Shown here: in pieces, positions 1 through 5,930 of the stretch | Layout of the letters: each line of letters begins with the position of its first letter | Position numbering within the stretch: position 1 is the stretch's first letter | Assembly: GCA_964549305.1 (NCBI GenBank) | Contig: CAZJVM010000082.1 | Span: 1-10,037, forward strand | DNA: 10,037 nucleotides | Direction of reading: 5' to 3' | DNA from: an uncultured bacterium | GTDB lineage: Bacteria; Schekmanbacteria; GWA2-38-11; J061 | Position numbers and translations under genes: made by a program | The notes under the pieces: model-generated | What the model was told of the DNA's origin: nothing | Seen by the model: only the letters and a program-made list of their open reading frames with translations | Database searches by the model: none

Positions 1-142
1 AGTCCTGACACCAAATGAGCGCGAAATTTCAACCTTGACAGTGCACCGGAAAGAATCAATAAAAGAGATGAGCAGAATTACGTGAAAAGATTTCAGATAC
101 TTTTTCTAAGCTTTTAATTTCTAACTGAAAGGGATTAACGCT

Positions 143-799
143 ATGACTGAAAATCAGGAATCATCGGGCAGGGAAGATTTTTTAAAGGAAGTTAGAAGAA
201 GAGTTGAGGAATCGAAGAATTGGCTGCAGGAAGTGACGATAACATCGGTAAACGGCGACTGCCCTTACGGACACAGGGAAGGGGAGATATACAAGGTAAA
301 CGATATCCGCACGGGCGGGCTTTGCGGCGCGTTGTACAGGGACATTCTCGATTCTGTGCTGATAACGCATTATGGTGGGAATCTTCCGTGGGAAAAGGAC
401 GATGGGAGTTTTAGCGGAATATGTTCTGAACAGGGTAAGGTGCAGGTAAATGTAAAAAAGGTTCATAAAGATAATCTAAGCACTTCAATCGTGAAACCCT
501 CCCTGAGGGATATGACAGGGAAGGGATTTTCTGCAATTGATAACTTCAGGATATTCGTCGAAATAGACAGCGTGGCAAATCAATGCAACTGGGGACACAG
601 GGCAGGGCAGAGAATAGAAATAGATCCTTTCAACTCGTGGAAGGTCTGCGCGAGACTTTTCGTTAATGCCTTCTACGCGATGAATGTGATTCTTTCGCAG
701 AAGAAACTCCACTGGCAATACGAGGATGACAGGGTGCAGATGACTTGTCCCGATACCTATAACATAACGACTTTTACGCTTGTGAGAGAGAAGAGATAA
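143..799 (+). CDS. Tandem two-domain TIGR04076-family-like protein (putative metal/Fe-S-binding, function unknown), 218 aa
   Basis: Two internal repeats: V(T/E)I.SV...C..GHR.G (CPYGHREGE / CNWGHRAGQ), then a mid-domain Cys (LCGALY / VCARLF), a Trp (LPW / LHW) and a C-terminal Cys (CSE / CPD). AAGGGA lies upstream of ATG143. Pattern recalled from TIGR04076 members. Confidence 0.75.
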   Translation: MTENQESSGREDFLKEVRRRVEESKNWLQEVTITSVNGDCPYGHREGEIYKVNDIRTGGLCGALYRDILDSVLITHYGGNLPWEKDDGSFSGICSEQGKVQVNVKKVHKDNLSTSIVKPSLRDMTGKGFSAIDNFRIFVEIDSVANQCNWGHRAGQRIEIDPFNSWKVCARLFVNAFYAMNVILSQKKLHWQYEDDRVQMTCPDTYNITTFTLVREKR

Positions 800-829
800 T
801 AGTTAGGGATTGAACGGAAAGTTTATACT

Positions 830-859
830 CCGGAGAACAACGGAATAATCTCCGGTTTT
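830..859 (+). terminator. Possible intrinsic terminator after the TIGR04076-like gene
   Basis: CCGGAGA (830-836) pairs perfectly with TCTCCGG (849-855), followed by TTTT (856-859). The 12-nt loop and short U-tract weaken the call. Confidence 0.4.
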
Positions 860-931
860 AACTATGGAATTTATTATGGTGTTGACGGTCCGGTCGATGC
901 CGGACAATGACAGCAGGGGAAAGGAGATAAT

Positions 932-1087
932 ATGAACAAGATAAAGAAACATTACAGAAAACCTGAATTGAAGCAGGTAAAATTAATTCCTGAAGAAGCC
1001 ATCCTTGGCACCTGCAAGAATGACCTCGGTTCAGGTCCGAACCAGAGCCAATGCCTGATTCCGCAGTGCTTTAATCAGGGGAGTTGA
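932..1087 (+). CDS. Putative RiPP precursor peptide, 51 aa: MNKIKKHYRKPELKQVKLIPEEAILGTCKNDLGSGPNQSQCLIPQCFNQGS
   Basis: Hand-translated; below the ORF-track cutoff. AAGGAG at 921-926, 5 nt before ATG932; TGA at 1085-1087. Basic N-terminus with YxxPxL (YRKPEL), then PEEAIL, then a Gly/Ser/Asn/Gln-rich core with Cys28, Cys41 and Cys46. Confidence 0.8.
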   Translation: MNKIKKHYRKPELKQVKLIPEEAILGTCKNDLGSGPNQSQCLIPQCFNQGS

Positions 1088-1138
1088 ATAAGGGTAATTT
1101 CATCATTTTTTTGCGAAAAATTCTAATATAAGACACAT

Positions 1139-2311
1139 TCAATAAATCCGCCACAAGTCGCTTTCTGCGTGGTTTCCGCAGTGTTTGTAGTCGTCAAATT
1201 CCAGATGCAGACCATAGGCAGTGTGTATGTCGTGAAACTCTTTTGAAAGACGAAGATAATATTCAAGGGGCGGTTGTTTCTGTTTGTGAAAAGCCGCACC
1301 TAAAGCGGGCTTAAACACGAAACTCATCATCGATATACCCCGTTTGGCAAGATATTCACATCCTTCAATATTTGACTTCAGAGCTTCATCAACAGTTTTA
1401 AATCCGTGCGGTTCAGCCATTTCGCAACCTGCAACGATATTCGTGCAAACGCTTCCTTCGCCGAACACCTCCAGCGCGTCAAACATACTGTTTATCCACA
1501 TGTCCTGTCCTACAAATTTTTCCTTGCCCGGGCAAATCCACTTGAATAAATCCTTGTCCCAAACTTCAAGGTCGGGGCAATAACGCATTACACCGGTTTC
1601 ATCGTGAAGGCGTTTAAGCTGTTTTTTCGAAAAGGCGCTGCAGGTAATGTGGCTTGGAAATTGTTTTTCGGAAAAATTCTCTCCTACTGCCTGAAGAACT
1701 TCTATGTAACGATTCACCTCGTAGTCAAAGGGTTCGTCTCCACGCGGGTCTGAACCGCCCGTTAGGATTAACATAGAAAATCGTCCCGGTTCTTTTAATA
1801 TTTCCGCTATTGTTTCTGAGATGTCCTGCGGGTCCAGATCCGCATTGTTGCCTAACTTTTTTTTCCGTTCATTGAAATAGAGCCCTGCAGAACAGAATTT
1901 ACACTGATTGCCTCCTTCAAAATAGTGGCAGTAATTATAAGACCATAAATTTATTGCTTGAGGTCTTACATTGGCAATCCCCGTCATAGGTGTGCCGCGA
2001 CTGGTTGTTTCGCTGTAAAAAAGAGGCGTTGGAGGAAATTCAATCTCCTCTACATATTCATCTTCATAGAATATTCCAAGCCCGCCGTTATGAAAATGTA
2101 TGGTGTAGTGGTCCGGCATTTGAGTCTTTCCGCCTACAACAACGGAAGTGCCGTCGCGAAGAAGCATTGGTCCGGGATTTCCGCCGTATTTCTTTGTAAC
2201 CTCATCTGAAAAAGCAACCCCCCTGCGGTACATATCCATTTTAAGAATGATAAAGCGGGGATAATCGGGATATTTATCAACTGCTTCAAAATATGTGAGG
2301 TCTTTTTCCAT
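1139..2311 (-). CDS. Radical SAM enzyme with non-canonical CX8CX2C motif, no SPASM/Twitch domain, 390 aa
   Basis: CHYFEGGNQCKFC (nt 1892-1930) keeps the aromatic-Cys ending typical of rSAM motifs. ILTGGSD is a GGE-like motif, followed by LEVWD..F..ICPGK and TNIVAG. AAGGAA RBS at 2322-2317. Motif spacing and PGK resemble, from memory, the MSMEG_0568/TIGR04043-like clade. Confidence 0.85.
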   Translation of the reverse strand: MEKDLTYFEAVDKYPDYPRFIILKMDMYRRGVAFSDEVTKKYGGNPGPMLLRDGTSVVVGGKTQMPDHYTIHFHNGGLGIFYEDEYVEEIEFPPTPLFYSETTSRGTPMTGIANVRPQAINLWSYNYCHYFEGGNQCKFCSAGLYFNERKKKLGNNADLDPQDISETIAEILKEPGRFSMLILTGGSDPRGDEPFDYEVNRYIEVLQAVGENFSEKQFPSHITCSAFSKKQLKRLHDETGVMRYCPDLEVWDKDLFKWICPGKEKFVGQDMWINSMFDALEVFGEGSVCTNIVAGCEMAEPHGFKTVDEALKSNIEGCEYLAKRGISMMSFVFKPALGAAFHKQKQPPLEYYLRLSKEFHDIHTAYGLHLEFDDYKHCGNHAESDLWRIY

Positions 2312-2500
2312 ATTGTTTCCTTTGATTATTGATTGGTTTTATAATGTTGAGTAAAATTATGGATAATGATTAACCAACAAATAGATAATAATCAACCGAT
2401 AAAGAGTTATTTATCTAAAAAAGTATGGATTTATTAACGTGAAAAAATAGGTGTTTTGAATGAATTGCACGCATAACGATAAAATATTCTGTCTCGAAAA

Positions 2501-3739
2501 TTAATCAAAAAATCCGGACAATTCTCTTTCGATATTTTTTATCCTTTTTTCCCTGTGGGGTATATCAAGCAATTTGTTTTTCAGTATATATTTTGATACT
2601 AAAAGTCCCGCCAGATAGTTTCCTTCCTTGTTCCAATGGTTGTCATATTTCCAGTAGAGTTCTTTTGTGCTGCCGGTTTTTTCTTTTGGATTTGTGTGTG
2701 AACTTTGTTTAAAGTCGGGCAGAAGGTCTATATAGTCAATGCCTTCCTCTTTAAAAAAGTCATGAAGGATTCTGTTTGGTTTTTCAGTGTCTATACTGCG
2801 GAGATTTTTATATCTTTCCCTATAGACCTGATATTTTGGCGGTATAATTACAATTAAAAGCTTTGATTTGTTTTTTTCTGCAAGTCTTCTGAATGCTCTG
2901 ATATTTTCATAATGAATTTCCCAGGCAATTTTTATCCAGTCATAATCATAGAAGTGAAGATTCGGATTATTCCATGTTGAAGGCGGTGGTCTGTTAAGAT
3001 AATAATAAAGCATGTCATAAATAATGGAATATTGTCTGAGAATGAATTTTGTTCTTTGTATCAGGGGATGGTCGGGATAAGTCTTTGTTCCGAATTTTTT
3101 CCATATCTGAAATTTATCGTTGAGGTTTTTTGTCACAGTAATTCTGCCTGTTGTTATATCAAAGGAACGGTCGAAAGTTTTAACTCCATTGACAACAGTT
3201 ATTTCAGGAAAGAGATAATCATCCTGTAAGTCATTTACATAGTAACCCACAATAATTATTTTCGGTGAATACAATATTCGGGCAATAATGTTCTGCGCCT
3301 TGTATAGTTCTGCTCTTGTACCGTAACCGGGGACTCCGCATTTTAAGACTCTGTATCTGAGAAGGTCTTCAACCTTTGTTCCCCATTTGTCTTCAAATTT
3401 TGCATAGGAATGGGTAAAACTGTCTCCAACGAGCAGTATATAGTCTTTTGTGTCTTTTGCGTCAGTATCGAAACATCCGATTTCATTTGACCAGACTTTA
3501 TAAGTGCCTTCTCTGTAGATATAGGCGTCTGAGGGTTTAAAATTTTCTCTGATATCAAAACCCTTTACAGGGTCCTTCTTGAAATAGTTTGTCGGGAAAG
3601 GGAAGTTGTATAATGTGCTTCGAAGTCTTTCCTGATTTAAAGTTGTAAATCTCAGGATACTCTCTGCAATAAACAGAGTTGCAATGATTGCGACAACTGA
3701 CAAGCTTAAATTAATTACAGTATTTTTTATCCGTTTCAT
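2501..3739 (-). CDS. Membrane-anchored SGNH/GDSL hydrolase (AlgX/AlgJ-like fold), 412 aa
   Basis: N-terminal hydrophobic helix followed by AESILR. SGNH blocks: I (LLVGDSFT), II (GVPGYG), III (GYYVND) and V (DNHWN, catalytic Asp/His). Confidence 0.85.
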   Translation of the reverse strand: MKRIKNTVINLSLSVVAIIATLFIAESILRFTTLNQERLRSTLYNFPFPTNYFKKDPVKGFDIRENFKPSDAYIYREGTYKVWSNEIGCFDTDAKDTKDYILLVGDSFTHSYAKFEDKWGTKVEDLLRYRVLKCGVPGYGTRAELYKAQNIIARILYSPKIIIVGYYVNDLQDDYLFPEITVVNGVKTFDRSFDITTGRITVTKNLNDKFQIWKKFGTKTYPDHPLIQRTKFILRQYSIIYDMLYYYLNRPPPSTWNNPNLHFYDYDWIKIAWEIHYENIRAFRRLAEKNKSKLLIVIIPPKYQVYRERYKNLRSIDTEKPNRILHDFFKEEGIDYIDLLPDFKQSSHTNPKEKTGSTKELYWKYDNHWNKEGNYLAGLLVSKYILKNKLLDIPHREKRIKNIERELSGFFD

Positions 3740-3834
3740 AATGGAATATTCTCCAGATTAGCTTAACTAATCCGAAATAAACTCCATTAAAGCATTAATT
3801 TCAAGAAGTATATTAATTACAGGTTACTTCCAAT

Positions 3835-4743
3835 TCAAAACTTGATCACAGGCGGAACATTTGCAAGCGACCACGCTTCAAAGGGGACAATCTTTTTTGC
3901 ATAGGGATCTGAAAAAAGCTGGTCCAAAAGCCATTCGCGACGCATAGTGTCCTGCGCTTCAATGTCTTTTTGTGTATAGGGCGAGTCCTTATGTTTTTCA
4001 ACCAACTCCATATATTTATCTGCAAAACTCACGAAAGTTTCCGAAACAAGGTCAAAGTTTTTTTCTGTTTCAAAAAAGAGGGGTCTCCCGTAAAAGCTCA
4101 CTCCCACGCAGGCAGGTTTGCGCCTCCATCTGCGGTCGATTTCCTTGGGGTCGCCCTTGCAGATTAGATTACGGTTGTAGTCAGGGCTTTTTTCGAATTT
4201 TTTGAATACGCTGTCCACGCTTTCTTTAAGGGAGTTTAGGTCTTCCTCGATTCTAGTGCCGGGCATAATGCCGAGCCATCCGCCTGTAAATGAAATTCCG
4301 CTGTCAAATACCTGTACGACTATAGTCGCGTGAAGCATTCCCACAAGGGGTGTCTTCGGGTGCGCGTCTATGGAATAGAATCGCCCCCAAAGAAGATTTC
4401 CGGGAAGCCTGCTGTTGGGAGCGGCTTTTTTCCCTACGGCGAGCATCCTTCCCATCTTTTCAATCACAGACCCCCGCGTTACTTTAATGTCATAATCGGA
4501 GTAGTCACTTAGAAATTTTTTTGTCTCCGATGACCTGTTTTCGTTAATTTTGTAAGCGCGTCCGAAGTATCTCTTGTCCATATCCTCCATAAACTTGAGC
4601 ATACGTTCTGTCAGTTGTTTCTGCTCAGGTGATAATGTTTTTACTGCTTCTTCATCTGCCGCATAGGAAGGGGAATGGAATGTAATGCCTGCGAATAAAA
4701 TTAAAAAAGGCAGGATAAGGATACACCAATAACGCGCTCTCAT
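3835..4743 (-). CDS. Secreted divergent coproporphyrinogen III oxidase (HemF)-fold protein, 302 aa
   Basis: Start moved to ATG4743 (GGAGGA at 4756-4751, 7-nt spacer). Sec-type signal peptide MRARYWCILILPFLILFAGITFHSPSYA. Co-linear HemF-like blocks: GSVIEKMG, SIDAHPKTPLVGMLH, FTGG, VGVSFY, SPYTQKDIEAQDTMRR, LFSD and C-terminal VPPVIKF. Confidence 0.7.
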   Translation of the reverse strand: MRARYWCILILPFLILFAGITFHSPSYAADEEAVKTLSPEQKQLTERMLKFMEDMDKRYFGRAYKINENRSSETKKFLSDYSDYDIKVTRGSVIEKMGRMLAVGKKAAPNSRLPGNLLWGRFYSIDAHPKTPLVGMLHATIVVQVFDSGISFTGGWLGIMPGTRIEEDLNSLKESVDSVFKKFEKSPDYNRNLICKGDPKEIDRRWRRKPACVGVSFYGRPLFFETEKNFDLVSETFVSFADKYMELVEKHKDSPYTQKDIEAQDTMRREWLLDQLFSDPYAKKIVPFEAWSLANVPPVIKF

Positions 4744-4808
4744 AATCAAATCCTCCGAAAGTAAAATTTGAAAATCAGAAAAACAAAAATATTCGCTATG
4801 CCGTTAGG

Positions 4809-5516
4809 TTATACAATCTTGGTTGAGCAGATTTCTCCCGGCGTAACTTTTATTTTTATTCCGCCTTCTTCTGCCTGACCGCTCAAGCGGGGTATGCAGA
4901 AGTTGTTGCAGACTTGCTCGATTTTAAGTTTTGTGCCGAGAAAAGCGTTATGTGCTATTCCGTCTCTGAAGGGGCATATTACGAGGCGCTCATTGGGACG
5001 CTTATAAATCTTTTCATAGAGTTGAAATGCGCAATCCGTTCCTTCAAACATGGCTGAAAGAATCTCATCTTTACTACCGCCTGTCTTCTCCACTTTCATT
5101 TTTATTCTCTTCATAAGCGGACTGAGAAATTCCTTGTCGAACTGAATGTATTTTTTAATCATTCCATTCTTGATGAGAAATTCGACATAGCTGAGATGGG
5201 CTTTTACGAGTGCATCATTAAACTTGTGTTTATAGCCATGGTCAATAGCATGGGTTTGTATCAAAGAATTGATTGCGTTTCCGAGCATATCAGTATCGTG
5301 AATCTGTCCGTATTTTACTGCCGGTACGGCATCTGCAGGCATTGGAGGCAACGGTTTCGACTGCATTGCCATATGCCTTGATGCAGGCGGTCGTCCTGCT
5401 TCCGCACTTCTTATATTTGGCGATGCTGCCGCAGCTAAAACGGCACCTCCCAGTGCTGCGCCTGAAGTCTTGAAAAAATCTCTCCTGTCGATGCCTTCTT
5501 TTTTTTCTTTCTTCAT
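4809..5516 (-). CDS. Tat-exported Cys-containing protein (C-terminal pattern reminiscent of ATC-hydrolase/V4R-like domains), 235 aa
   Basis: Start moved to ATG5516 (AAGGGGG, 9-nt spacer). DRRDFFK twin-arginine motif, Ala/Gly-rich h-region and AEA cleavage site, then a Pro-rich linker. Five Cys: DCAF, ICPF, VCNNFC and EIC. The Tat call is strong; the domain call is tentative. Confidence 0.8.
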   Translation of the reverse strand: MKKEKKEGIDRRDFFKTSGAALGGAVLAAAASPNIRSAEAGRPPASRHMAMQSKPLPPMPADAVPAVKYGQIHDTDMLGNAINSLIQTHAIDHGYKHKFNDALVKAHLSYVEFLIKNGMIKKYIQFDKEFLSPLMKRIKMKVEKTGGSKDEILSAMFEGTDCAFQLYEKIYKRPNERLVICPFRDGIAHNAFLGTKLKIEQVCNNFCIPRLSGQAEEGGIKIKVTPGEICSTKIV

Positions 5517-5603
5517 AAAATATTTCCCCCTTAGAGTTGAGTTGTTGGTCCCCTTTTTAAGCAAAGTAGTTCTGGCAGGATGATTCTAAAACATACGTAA
5601 ACG

Positions 5604-5630
5604 AATATAAAACTAAATTGGTCTTGTCAA
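5604..5630 (-). promoter_or_regulatory. Possible sigma70 promoter for the Tat/HemF-like genes
   Basis: TTGACA (5630-5625) and TATATT (5609-5604) with a suboptimal 15-nt spacer. Confidence 0.35.
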
Positions 5631-5631
5631 T

Positions 5632-5646
5632 CAAATCATTGATTTG
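5632..5646. promoter_or_regulatory. Palindromic operator-like site CAAATCA-T-TGATTTG
   Basis: Perfect 7-1-7 inverted repeat in the divergent intergenic region, next to the minus-strand TTGACA. Confidence 0.45.
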
Positions 5647-5893
5647 TTCAGTTATAATTAGGTTAACGTAAGATTAGCTTTATGGGGAAAAATATTTGTT
5701 TCCCTGCTTTTTCTTCATAATCAGGCATCTGCCGGAAAATCAGGAGCTCATTGTCAGGCAAGGGAATGACAGTGTGGCGGATCTCCCGAACAATTTGTGT
5801 GATGACGATTGTTGGTGTCGTAAAATGACGAGTTGCGGGAGCGCGGAGTTACGAAATCTGTCGGTTTTTACTACTTTTTCATTTAACATTCCC

Positions 5894-5923
5894 TTGACAA
5901 CAGACCTTTTAAATAAGTACTTT
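5894..5923 (+). promoter_or_regulatory. sigma70-type promoter of the formate dehydrogenase module
   Basis: TTGACA (5894-5899), 18-nt spacer, TACTTT (5918-5923). The predicted +1 falls at or near ATG5931. Confidence 0.55.
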
Positions 5924-5930
5924 TCCATTT

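Noticed and set aside
35-65. TTGACA at 35-40 as promoter of the first gene
   Set aside because: No convincing -10 hexamer at 16-18 nt spacing.
932-1087. Lasso peptide precursor
   Set aside because: Has YxxPxL but no Thr(-2) before a small first core residue with a suitably spaced Asp/Glu, and no lasso cyclase or peptidase is present in the window.
2322-2395. Distant inverted repeats TTGATTATT/AATAATCAA and TTGGTT/AACCAA upstream of the rSAM gene
   Set aside because: Very AT-rich, interrupted and asymmetric; plausible by chance.
3835-4743. Assigning gene symbol hemF
   Set aside because: The signal peptide and loss of key Arg/Asp motifs argue against orthologous function.
5685-5712. GGGAAA/TTTCCC hairpin followed by a T-run as a terminator
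   Set aside because: Weak 6-bp stem with no + strand gene upstream to terminate.
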